A stretch of DNA of 44,898 nucleotides, from positions 1-44,898 of the forward strand of contig CAYZWG010000001.1 in assembly GCA_964481605.1 (NCBI GenBank). Reading direction: 5' to 3'. Of the stretch, positions 7,883-16,186 are shown piece after piece; positions within the stretch are counted from its first letter, which is position 1; each line of letters opens with the position of its first letter. The position numbers and the translations under genes were made by a program. The DNA is from an uncultured Planctomycetaceae bacterium. GTDB lineage: Bacteria > Planctomycetota > Planctomycetia > Pirellulales > Thermoguttaceae. The notes below the pieces were generated by a model. It saw only the letters and a list, made by a program, of their open reading frames with translations, searched no databases and was not told the origin of the DNA.

Positions 7883-8995
7883 ATGTCACGTACGATTTCT
7901 CGGTTTGTTTCTCGACTGGGTTTCACCCTGGTCGAACTTCTGGTGGTGATCGCTATCATTGGCATTTTGATCGCCCTGTTGTTACCCGCCGTGCAGGCTG
8001 CCCGTGAGGCCGCCCGGCGTACCCAGTGCACCAACAATCTAAAGCAGTTGGGGCTGGCGTTGCACAACTATCACGACACGTACAAGCGGTTTCCCGGCAT
8101 GGGGCAGGGCACCGACAACCCCTGGGACCCCGCAAAGTCCAATATGCGGCACCTCAGCGGTTTGGCGGTGATGCTTCCCTTCATGGAACAGACGCCCTTG
8201 TACGACCAGGTCAGTTCCCCGCAGATCAGTCCCCCCTACCCGGCTTGGGGACCCGTTCCGTGGTACGGCTGGAACTTCCAGCCTTTCCTCCAGAACGTTC
8301 CCGGGTTGATCTGCCCGTCGGACACCACGGAGAAGAGTGCCAATTACAATCCGTACGGCAACACCAACTATAACTTCTGCGTGGGCGACGAGATTACGGA
8401 CTTGGTCTGGTGGGATATCGGCCAAGGTTCAGGATCACGGAAGCCTCGGGGGCTTTTCGGCAGGAACAGCTTCCACAAAATGGCCGACATCACGGACGGC
8501 ACGAGCAACACGATCGCCATGAGCGAGCAGACCGTCAGTGGACAGTTTGACGCCCGTCAGATTCACGGCAATTACGTGGAAAACGCTACTGGAGTGAACG
8601 GGACGAATCCTGCGGCCAACTGCCTTATTTACAAAGGGACCGGTGCCACGATCTCGCCGACGGCACCGCAAATCGGGGAGTTGCGTGGTGTGGCTTGGGC
8701 GTGGGGTGCCTTCGTGGTCTGCGGCTTCAACACCGTGCTGCCACCGAACTCCGTGGGTTGCACAAGCCTCTGGTCGGAATGGGGCGGCAACAACATCTTC
8801 CCCCCGGACAGCTATCACCCGGGCGGGGTAAACGTGATGTTGGCCGACGGGAGCACGCGGTTTGTGAGCGAAACGATCGACACCGGCGATCTGACCTTGC
8901 CGGAGCCGCGGCAAACGGGTAACGGCCCGAGCCCCTACGGCGTTTGGGGTGCCTTGGGGAGCAAGGCCGGCGGCGAGCCACCCAGCCCGTATTAA
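7883..8995 (+). CDS. DUF1559 family prepilin-type H-X9-DG protein (paralog 4)
   Basis: ORF 7811..8995 trimmed to the ATG at 7883, which follows GAGGGG. The signal is MSRTISRFVSRLG|FTLVELLVV. The C-terminus carries [16 protein letters not shown]. It is roughly 80% identical to paralog 1 by eye. Confidence 0.95.
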   Translation: MSRTISRFVSRLGFTLVELLVVIAIIGILIALLLPAVQAAREAARRTQCTNNLKQLGLALHNYHDTYKRFPGMGQGTDNPWDPAKSNMRHLSGLAVMLPFMEQTPLYDQVSSPQISPPYPAWGPVPWYGWNFQPFLQNVPGLICPSDTTEKSANYNPYGNTNYNFCVGDEITDLVWWDIGQGSGSRKPRGLFGRNSFHKMADITDGTSNTIAMSEQTVSGQFDARQIHGNYVENATGVNGTNPAANCLIYKGTGATISPTAPQIGELRGVAWAWGAFVVCGFNTVLPPNSVGCTSLWSEWGGNNIFPPDSYHPGGVNVMLADGSTRFVSETIDTGDLTLPEPRQTGNGPSPYGVWGALGSKAGGEPPSPY

Positions 8996-9047
8996 ACGGA
9001 CGCCCGCCGCAGGAGTCTTTGAAATTGGAGTGTAATCCAGTCGTTGG

Positions 9048-9087
9048 CGAAAGCCGGAGGCCCAAGCTTCCGGCTTTCGTCGTTCTT
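9048..9087 (+). terminator. Intrinsic terminator after DUF1559 paralog 4
   Basis: Same CGAAAGCCGGAGGC-ccaa-GCTTCCGGCTTTCG hairpin, followed by TCGTTCTT. Confidence 0.75.
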
Positions 9088-9099
9088 GGGACCAACAAG

Positions 9100-10809
9100 A
9101 TGAGAAACGGAGCTTTTGGCCGCCGATTGCGGTTGGGTGGGGCGTGGGCCGTGGTGGCGGGGCTCGTCTGGGGCTCCACGGCGGCGGTAGCCGACGGGCC
9201 GATCGTGCTGCGCAACGTGAGCGACCAAACCGGGATCACCTTCCGGCACACCGACGGTCACAGCGGCAAGCTCTACATCATGGAGACCGTTGCCTCGGGC
9301 CTGGCCACGTTCGACTATGACGGCGACGGGCTGATCGACATCTATTTTCTCAGCGGCGCGCCCTTGCGGGGCACCCAGGTGGACGTGCCGCCGAAGAACC
9401 ACCTCTATCGCAACCTGGGCGGCTTTCGGTTTGCGGACGTGACCGACGAGGCGGGCGTGGGAGACACCGGCTACGGCTTGGGGGTGGCCGCGGCCGACTA
9501 CGACGCCGACGGGGACACCGACATCTACGTGAGCAATTTCGGGCCCAACGTGATGTATCGCAACAACGGCGACGGCACCTTCAGCGAGGTCGCCCGCCAG
9601 GCTGGCACGGCCCAGGCCGACGATGGCAAGGTGGGGGCGGGAGTCTCTTTTCTGGACATCGAGGGGGACGGCAAGCTGGACCTTTTCGTGGCCAACTACT
9701 TGCGGTTCTCCTATGACATGCGGATCACCAACGCGATGCGGGGGACGCCGATCTACCCCGACCCTTCACGTTTTCCGCCCTGGCCTTCCAAGGTGTATCA
9801 CAACAACGGCGACGGCACCTTCACCGACGTGAGCGAGCAATCGGGAGTGGGCTTGCACAAGGGGAGGGGAATGGGAGTGGTCGCGGCCGACTACGACAAC
9901 GACGGCGATACCGACGTGTTTGTGAATAACGACGGGCCGCCGGGGAACTTTCTCTTCCAGAATGACGGCACGGGGAAGTTCGAAGAAGTGGGCTGGCTCA
10001 GCGGCACGGCGTTCAACTATTCGGGCCTGGCGCACGGAAGCATGGGCGTGGCTTGCGGCGACTATGACAACGACGGGCGTCTCGATTTCTTCGTCACCTC
10101 CTACCAGCGGCAAATGGCCACGCTGTTTAGAAACATGGGCGACGGCCTGTTCGAGGACGTGACGCAGATCACCGGGGCGGGAATCGGATCGTTCAACCAG
10201 GTCACCTGGGGATGCGGCCTGGTCGATTTCGACAACGACGGCGACAAGGACATTTTCTACGCCTGCGGCCACCTGATCGACAACATCGACGAGCTGGACG
10301 ACTCGACGTCGTACCGGGCTCCCCCGGAGCTTCTGAGAAACAACGGCGATGGGACATTCACCAACGTGTCGGAGTCGATCAGCGAATCGGCCCGAACGGC
10401 ATCGGTGGGGCGGGGCGCGGCGCTGGACGACTTGGACAACGACGGCCGGGTGGACGTGGTGATTCTCAATTCGCGGCGGCCGCCCACCATCCTGCGGAAC
10501 GAATCGGCAAGCGGAAACCACTGGATTGAAGTGCGTCTTCGCGGTGTGAAGACCAATCGCGACGGCGTGGGAGCGCACGTAACGGTCAAGGCCGGCGATC
10601 TCGCGCAGCTCGACGAGGTCCACAGCGGCCGCGGATACCAGAGCCACTATGGCTTGCGGCTGCATTTCGGCCTTGGCAAGCGGGACCACGTGGACCGGAT
10701 CGAGGTTCGCTGGATCGGCGGCGGGGTTGACGTGGTGGAGAACGTGGCGGTGGACCAACTGCTGACGATTACCGAGGGGAGCGGGTCGCCGGACGGTGAC
10801 GCGGAGTGA
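9100..10809 (+). CDS. CRTAC1-like secreted protein: FG-GAP/VCBS repeats plus a C-terminal ASPIC/UnbV domain
   Basis: ORF 8944..10809 trimmed to the ATG at 9100 (MRNGAFGRRLRLGGAWAVVAGLVWG, signal-like). It has repeated D.D.DGD.D(I/L/V)(F/Y)V motifs (DYDGDGLIDIYF, DYDADGDTDIYV, DIEGDGKLDLFV, DYDNDGDTDVFV, DYDNDGRLDFFV, DFDNDGDKDIFY, DLDNDGRVDVVI). The C-terminus is NHWIEVRLRG...NRDGVGAHVTV...SGRGYQSH...LHFGLG. Confidence 0.9.
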   Translation: MRNGAFGRRLRLGGAWAVVAGLVWGSTAAVADGPIVLRNVSDQTGITFRHTDGHSGKLYIMETVASGLATFDYDGDGLIDIYFLSGAPLRGTQVDVPPKNHLYRNLGGFRFADVTDEAGVGDTGYGLGVAAADYDADGDTDIYVSNFGPNVMYRNNGDGTFSEVARQAGTAQADDGKVGAGVSFLDIEGDGKLDLFVANYLRFSYDMRITNAMRGTPIYPDPSRFPPWPSKVYHNNGDGTFTDVSEQSGVGLHKGRGMGVVAADYDNDGDTDVFVNNDGPPGNFLFQNDGTGKFEEVGWLSGTAFNYSGLAHGSMGVACGDYDNDGRLDFFVTSYQRQMATLFRNMGDGLFEDVTQITGAGIGSFNQVTWGCGLVDFDNDGDKDIFYACGHLIDNIDELDDSTSYRAPPELLRNNGDGTFTNVSESISESARTASVGRGAALDDLDNDGRVDVVILNSRRPPTILRNESASGNHWIEVRLRGVKTNRDGVGAHVTVKAGDLAQLDEVHSGRGYQSHYGLRLHFGLGKRDHVDRIEVRWIGGGVDVVENVAVDQLLTITEGSGSPDGDAE

Positions 10810-10834
10810 ACGGGGCTAACGTAGCGGGGATGTG

Positions 10835-12310
10835 ATGGGCGAGAGCTCGGAAGACAAGCGACGCCAGCAGGAGACTTCGGCGCCGGCAGAGGACGCGATG
10901 TCGCGGCCCGGGCGAGGAAGGCCGACCGTTCTGCTGGTGTTGGTGGGCATCTTGGCCTGTTTGGCCGGTGTCTATTCGTCACGGTTTCTGTGGCGCGGTC
11001 AGCCGGCCGGTCAGCCTGTGGGTCAAACTGCCGAACAGCCTGCCGGCGAGCCCACCGGTCAGCCCGCCGCGGTCCGGCCAGCGCCCCCACCGATGGCGAC
11101 CACGGAGCTGCCGGGCGATGGGGCCAAGGTCGATTTGCCGCTACCCACCACGGCCGCGCCCCTGTTGAAGGAGGTGGGCGAGGTGGTCGATCGCCTTGTG
11201 GAGAGTTTTCCCAACGACCTGGACTGCCTGGAAATGAAAGCCCGCTACCAGGACTGGGTCCGCAAGTCGGAAGACGCGGTGAAGACGTGGGAAAAATGCC
11301 TGGAGTTGGATCCCGGCTACATCCATGCCTACCTGGGAATGGCCGCGGTCGCCGCGAAACGGGGCGATCACGAGAAGGCGGCTGAACTGGCCCGCAAGGC
11401 AATGCAGATTGCCCCCAGTTCGTTCCGGGCGAGGTGGCTCTTGGCGGAAGCCATGCTCAACCTGGGCAAGCCGGCCGAAGTGATTCCGGTGCTGGAGAAA
11501 TTCCTGCGGAAAGACCCCCGATCGCACGGGTATTTTCTGCTGGGACGCGCCTACGACCAATTGAAGCAGTACGACAAGGCGAGGGAGAACTACGAGGCGT
11601 CGATTCGGCAATACCCGAAGTACGCGGAGGCCTACTACGCGCTGGCCAGGGTCATGGTGCGGCTGGGCCGCAAGGACGAGGCCCGGGCGTTGATGACGAA
11701 GTATCGGGCGTTGATGGCGACGCGGAATCCGGGCCGCCAGGGAATGGACATGACGCCGGACTCGTTTGAGGGGTTGTGCAAGAACGCGGCGATCATCTAT
11801 ACCGACAGCGGGCGGATTCACCGGGCCCACGAGCAGCCGGCCGAAGCCGAGCGGCTGTGGCGTCGCGCGGCGGCTCTCTCGCCGGGCAACGTGGCGTGCC
11901 GGCAAGCCCTGGCGTGGCTGTGCCGCACGCAAGGGAGAATCCCGGAGACCATTCGGTGGCTGGAGGAGTTGGCGAAGCTCGATCCAGAGAACGCCAGCTA
12001 CTGGCTGGAAATCGGGAGTTTGCACGTTGGCTTGGCTCAGCTCGACCCCGCCGAGGAGGCTTTCCGAAAGGCCTGCGAGGTGGCCCCGCAAGATGCGCGC
12101 GGACCAGCCGCGCTGGCCGCCATGTATTTGCGCAGCGGGCGAAATCTGTCGGAATCGTTGACGCTGGCCCGCTCTGCCGTAAAGCTTGCCCCCACGGCGA
12201 CCAACTACGAGCTTCTGGCCGCGGCCTGCCAGCGCAACGGCGACGAGCCCGGCGCGGCGGCTGCCCGGGAGCAGGCCGCCAAGTTGAAGCCGTCCCACGG
12301 CGAGAATTGA
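10835..12310 (+). CDS. TPR repeat protein with an N-terminal TM anchor and a low-complexity GQP-rich linker
   Basis: The ATG at 10835 is preferred to the ORF-track GTG at 10832. There is a TM segment TVLLVLVGILACLAGVY. TPR-like helices include AYLGMAAVAAKRGDHEKAAELARKAMQIAP, YFLLGRAYDQLKQYDKARENYEASIRQYP and AYYALARVMVRLGRKDEA. The start is uncertain. Confidence 0.85.
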   Translation: MGESSEDKRRQQETSAPAEDAMSRPGRGRPTVLLVLVGILACLAGVYSSRFLWRGQPAGQPVGQTAEQPAGEPTGQPAAVRPAPPPMATTELPGDGAKVDLPLPTTAAPLLKEVGEVVDRLVESFPNDLDCLEMKARYQDWVRKSEDAVKTWEKCLELDPGYIHAYLGMAAVAAKRGDHEKAAELARKAMQIAPSSFRARWLLAEAMLNLGKPAEVIPVLEKFLRKDPRSHGYFLLGRAYDQLKQYDKARENYEASIRQYPKYAEAYYALARVMVRLGRKDEARALMTKYRALMATRNPGRQGMDMTPDSFEGLCKNAAIIYTDSGRIHRAHEQPAEAERLWRRAAALSPGNVACRQALAWLCRTQGRIPETIRWLEELAKLDPENASYWLEIGSLHVGLAQLDPAEEAFRKACEVAPQDARGPAALAAMYLRSGRNLSESLTLARSAVKLAPTATNYELLAAACQRNGDEPGAAAAREQAAKLKPSHGEN

Positions 12311-12395
12311 CCAGTTGTTGCCCGCCGCTCGAGGCTGCTCTCCACCGGCCGGGCTGATGGGCGCGAGTGAACCGATGGAGTGTTGCCGCCACGGA

Positions 12396-12674
12396 TCAGT
12401 CGTCGGCCAACGGCTCCTTCTTCTCGGTAATCACCTCGCACTGCGACGCCATTTCGGCGTTCAGGGCGATATACTCGTGCCACTCGGCCGGAACGTTCTC
12501 TTCCAGAAAGATGGCTTCCACGGGGCATTCCGGCACACAGGCCTCGCAGTCGATGCACTCGTCGGGATGGATGTAGAGCATCCGCTCGCCCTCGTAGAAG
12601 CACTCCACGGGGCACACCACCACGCAATCGGTGTATTTGCAGTCGTAACACGGTTTGCAGACAACGTGAGTCAT
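12396..12674 (-). CDS. fdxA: 7Fe-type ferredoxin (FdxA-like; 3Fe-4S plus 4Fe-4S)
   Basis: ORF 12396..12866 trimmed to the ATG at 12674, which follows [64 protein letters not shown] closely resembles Azotobacter ferredoxin I (..[21 protein letters not shown]...[22 protein letters not shown]). Confidence 0.95.
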   Translation of the reverse strand: [92 protein letters not shown]

Positions 12675-13192
12675 GAGGTGGCCTCTCCCTTTCGAAAACG
12701 CCCAACAGCCAAACCAATCCACTTTGCCGCCCACGGGACCCCGGCGCGGCGGTCGCCGGCTTCCGCCTGTCACCCTCGCGGGGCCGGCCGCGGGGACCCC
12801 GCTCCGATTTTGCCGCGGAAAAACCAGCCCGCCGGACCCTTCGGTCGTTGGCAGACCGAGGCGCACCGCTCAGGACAAAACCCCCCGGCGGATCTAACGG
12901 ATACCCCCCTCGGATTCTTGCCGGCGGAACTCGATCGGCGCGGCGGGCTTATCCCCGCGGTTGAAGTCCTTTCCAAATAACGACTTGAAAGGCCCTCCTA
13001 GCGAAAACTCCCGGAATCTTAGCGCTCCCGCTTGCGGGTGTCAACCCTCCGAGAGCGGTGCCGACGCGCTCGAGTGGATCAGACGGTGGCAGGTCAGGCG
13101 AGGGAGCATATCGTGCCGCCGGGGGGGGATTCTTGACTTGGATGGGATGGCACCCCCCGCCACGCCGCCGCCCGGGCGCGGGGAGGCTTGTC

Positions 13193-13221
13193 TTGCTTTG
13201 TATGGAGGCCACATTTACAAT
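13193..13221 (+). promoter_or_regulatory. Candidate sigma70-like promoter TTGCTT-17 nt-TACAAT upstream of the ECF sigma gene
   Basis: Hexamers and spacing read directly from the sequence. It sits in an AT-rich island within a GC-rich intergenic region. Confidence 0.35.
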
Positions 13222-13337
13222 GAATTATGTGTCTTGCGTTAGCATGGCCGGTCGACCTTCGTGGTGTCCTGCAAGTTTTCCTATCTTCTCAACTCGCCTC
13301 CGTCGGGCCAGGGGGGCCACACAGGAGATTAAGTCCG

Positions 13338-13913
13338 GTGGCACTCTCTGAAATCGATCGAAATCTGCTCGAACGCTGTCTCGACCGCAAACCGCGGGCC
13401 TGGGAAGACTTCGTCGACCGATTCCTGGGGTTGGTCGTACACGTGGTCAACCACACGGCGATGGTTCGCAATCTTCCGCTCGTGGCCGAGGATCGGGACG
13501 ATCTCTGCGGAGAGGTCTTTCTCAACCTGATCAAGGACGATTTCGCCATTTTGAGGCACTTCCGCGGCCAGAGCAGCTTGGCCACCTACCTGACGGTGGT
13601 GGCCCGGCGGGTCGCGGTGCACCAACTGCTCAAGTCGCGGCCGGCGACGCCCCTTGGGGAAGGCGTCTTGTCGCAGGCGGCCCGGGACGAACCTGCCGCC
13701 CAGCAACGGCTGGAAGACCGCGAGGCGGTCGAGCATCTGATCGAGGGACTCGACGCCCGCGAGGCGGAGGTCGTGCGACTTTACCACTTGGAAGGCAAGA
13801 GCTACCGCGAGATCAGCCAGGCGACCGGCATCTCCGAGAATACGATCGGCCCCGTGCTGAGCCGTGCCCGCGGCAAGATGCGCCATGCGGGGGTCGATCA
13901 GCCGGCGGGGTAA
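13338..13913 (+). CDS. RNA polymerase sigma-70 family, ECF-type sigma factor
   Basis: Region 2-like FVDRFLGLVVHVVN ... DDLCGEVFLNLIKDDF and region 4 LDAREAEVVRLYHLEGKSYREISQATGISENTIGPVLSRARGKM. The start is placed at an in-frame GTG at 13338, 10 nt after AGGAG. The ORF-track ATG at 13227 would overlap the candidate promoter. The start is uncertain. Confidence 0.85.
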   Translation: MALSEIDRNLLERCLDRKPRAWEDFVDRFLGLVVHVVNHTAMVRNLPLVAEDRDDLCGEVFLNLIKDDFAILRHFRGQSSLATYLTVVARRVAVHQLLKSRPATPLGEGVLSQAARDEPAAQQRLEDREAVEHLIEGLDAREAEVVRLYHLEGKSYREISQATGISENTIGPVLSRARGKMRHAGVDQPAG

Positions 13914-13943
13914 AGGAGCCTTGGTCTTGTTCGGCCCGGGGTA

Positions 13944-14039
13944 GCGTTCGGCGCGGGTCTTCGCGTTCGGCGCGGGTCTCCTGACCCCGCCATGTTCGGC
14001 GCGGGTCTTCGCGTTCGGCGCGGGTCTCCTGACCCCGCC
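13944..14039. repeat. Family B REP array: two tandem ~47-nt units, each with a truncated plus a full GCGTTCGGCGCGGGTCT(CCTGACCCCGCC) repeat
   Basis: Direct reading of the sequence. It is intergenic, directly after the sigma factor stop codon. Confidence 0.85.
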
Positions 14040-14140
14040 GAGAGAAGCGGCAGACGCCTGATCGCCGGCCGAGTGTCTATCCGCACCATGGCCGGCGTCT
14101 CGAATTCAAATCCCCAGTCTGACACCACCATGGAGACCGA

Positions 14141-15529
14141 ATGATGAAATCCCCACCGATTTGCCGACGACGTTTCCTCCAGGGGACGATGGGCTCCGGC
14201 GCCGCGGCCTGGGTTCCCTATTGGCTCTGCGGCAAGCGCTCGTTGGCCGCCGAGTTTCGTGCGAAGAACGACCGGCCTCTGGTGGCTTGCATCGGAACCG
14301 GCGGCCGGGGCATGGCGATTGCCCAGCAGGCGGCCCGATTCGGCGACGTGGTGGCGGTCTGCGACGTCGACCTGGAACGGGCAGAAAAGGCCAAACAGAA
14401 GCTGGGCGGAAAGGCCCGGGTCTACCAGGACTACCGCCGGCTTTTGGACCGCCACGACGTCGAGGTGATTACCAACGGCACGCCCGACCATTGGCACACG
14501 CTCGTCAATATCTCCGCCTGCCGGTCGGGCCGCGACGTCTACACGGAAAAGCCGATGACCTTGACGATCGACGAGGGCAAGATTCTCTGCCGGGTGGTCG
14601 CCGAAACCGGGCGGGTGGTGCAGGTGGGGACCCAGCAGCGGAGCGTGCCGCATTTTCGCACCGCCTGCGAGTTGGTCCGCAACGGGCGAATCGGGCGGCT
14701 TGAGCACGTGGCCGTATTGCTTCCCTTCTGGAACACCAAGGGCGGACCGTTCGCGGCCCAGCCCGTGCCGGAGTCGCTGGATTGGGACCTTTGGCAAGGG
14801 CAGGCCCCGGTGCACGAATTCTGCCCCCAGCGGCTGCATTTCAATTTTCGCTGGTGGTTCGAGTATGCCGGGGGGATCATCACCGATTGGGGCCAGCACC
14901 ACATGGACATTGCCCATTGGGGGATGGACATGGAGCACTCCGGGCCGCTTGAGATCGAGGGCAAGGCCAACTTTCCCAACGCCGGCCGGCCCGACTGCTT
15001 CAACAATCCCGACCGATTCGTGGTGAAGATGAAGTATCCCGGCGAGATCGATCTGCTCTACCTCGTCGTTCGCGACAAGAAGTACCTGGCCAGCATGGCC
15101 GCCGGCGACATCTCCAAACAAGCCGAGGCCGATCTCTTCGCCGGCGTGCCGGAGGAGTTCCACCACGAACAGCGCAACGGCATCATGTTTACGGGCGAGA
15201 AGGGGCGAATCTTTGTCAACCGGGGCGGCCTGTTCGGCAAGGCGGCCGAGGAATTGGCCCAAAATCCCCTGCCCGGCGACGCCGTCCGGCTGGCCCAGAG
15301 CACCGACCACATGGGCAATTTCTTCCAGTGCGTCAAGTCGCGTCAAAAGCCGATCGCCGACGTGACGATCGGGCACCACACGATTACGGCCTGCCACTTG
15401 GGCAATATCGCCATGCGGCTGGGGCGAACCATCCACTGGGACACCCAGCGAGAGCAAATCGTCGGCGACGACGAGGCCAACCGCTGGCTTTCCCGCCCGC
15501 AGCGAGAGCCGTACGTGATTCGCGGGTAA
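14141..15529 (+). CDS. Gfo/Idh/MocA family oxidoreductase with a twin-arginine (TAT) signal
   Basis: MMKSPPICRRRFLQGTMGSGAAA is TAT-like. The Rossmann motif is VACIGTGGRGMAIA. Also TPDHWH and EKPMTLTIDEG. Confidence 0.9.
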   Translation: MMKSPPICRRRFLQGTMGSGAAAWVPYWLCGKRSLAAEFRAKNDRPLVACIGTGGRGMAIAQQAARFGDVVAVCDVDLERAEKAKQKLGGKARVYQDYRRLLDRHDVEVITNGTPDHWHTLVNISACRSGRDVYTEKPMTLTIDEGKILCRVVAETGRVVQVGTQQRSVPHFRTACELVRNGRIGRLEHVAVLLPFWNTKGGPFAAQPVPESLDWDLWQGQAPVHEFCPQRLHFNFRWWFEYAGGIITDWGQHHMDIAHWGMDMEHSGPLEIEGKANFPNAGRPDCFNNPDRFVVKMKYPGEIDLLYLVVRDKKYLASMAAGDISKQAEADLFAGVPEEFHHEQRNGIMFTGEKGRIFVNRGGLFGKAAEELAQNPLPGDAVRLAQSTDHMGNFFQCVKSRQKPIADVTIGHHTITACHLGNIAMRLGRTIHWDTQREQIVGDDEANRWLSRPQREPYVIRG

Positions 15530-15531
15530 GC

Positions 15532-15640
15532 GCCGTAGGGCCGGCTGCCGGGTTGGCATTGCCGTAGGGCCGGCTGTGCCGGCCGGAAACCCGCAACGGC
15601 ATCCAAGCCCCGTTTCGGCCGGCACGGCCGGCCCTACGAG
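15532..15640. repeat. Family A palindromic element with a duplicated left arm
   Basis: gccgtagggccggctgccgg...gccgtagggccggctgtgccggccgg...cggccggcacggccggccctacgagg. It fills the gap between convergent genes. Confidence 0.8.
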
Positions 15641-15652
15641 GAGGGATGCCGT

Positions 15653-16132
15653 TCAGAAAAACTCCCACGGTCGCACCGGCCGATCGTTCTTCAACTTGGT
15701 GCCGATCCTCTGCGCGTCGATGATGGCCGCGATCATCACCGCCGCGCCACCCAGGCGAGTGGAAGTGAAAATCGCCACGGCGGCCACCAGCAGCACGATC
15801 CCCTTGACCGTCTGCCCGAGGATGATCTGCCCCAGGCCGGGCACGATGCTGAGAATGGCCATCAGGGTGGGATCGCGGGGCGGTTGGTGGGGATAGATGA
15901 GTTCGTCGGAGGCGGCGCCGCCCGGCCCGGGCGCCGGGGGGGGCTCGCCGGGCGCGGCGGCGTCGAACAGTCCCACCACTTCGGAAGCCGCCTTCCAGTC
16001 GCCCTCTCCGTCGGTCCAAACCAGGTCGCCGGGCCGCAGCCGGCCGTCGGCGGCCAGCCGCTTCAACTCATCCCACGGCACGGGGCCCTGCTGCCGGCCG
16101 CCTTGGGCATAGTACCACTGGCTCTGGGGCAT
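15653..16132 (-). CDS. GYF_2 (DUF4339) domain protein with a C-terminal two-TM membrane domain
   Basis: WYYAQGGRQQGPVPWDELKRLAADGRLRPGDLVWTDGEGDWKAASEV is a GYF_2 signature. This is followed by a Pro-rich linker and TM segments LMAILSIVPGLGQIILG and GIVLLVAAVAIF. The gene starts 54 nt after the sulfatase stop codon. Confidence 0.8.
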   Translation of the reverse strand: MPQSQWYYAQGGRQQGPVPWDELKRLAADGRLRPGDLVWTDGEGDWKAASEVVGLFDAAAPGEPPPAPGPGGAASDELIYPHQPPRDPTLMAILSIVPGLGQIILGQTVKGIVLLVAAVAIFTSTRLGGAAVMIAAIIDAQRIGTKLKNDRPVRPWEFF

Positions 16133-16186
16133 CTCAGACGGCTCCTGCCGCGCAACACGGACCTGCCGGCAAAGTCTGGCCGAAAC

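Noticed and set aside
12315-12980. A 221-aa plus-strand ORF, and other ORFs (12673..12897, 12949..13212, 12961..13242), in the ferredoxin/sigma intergenic area.
   Set aside because: The first is antisense to the well-supported fdxA gene. The others have no RBS or motifs and show biased Arg/Pro/Gly composition. They are most likely non-coding.
13944-14039. Tandem family B repeats (also at 23345-23403 and 18366-18414) considered as a possible mini-CRISPR array.
   Set aside because: The units abut directly or are separated by 0-3 nt, so there are no unique spacers. The repeats are about 18-29 nt, are dispersed singly elsewhere, and no cas genes are present.
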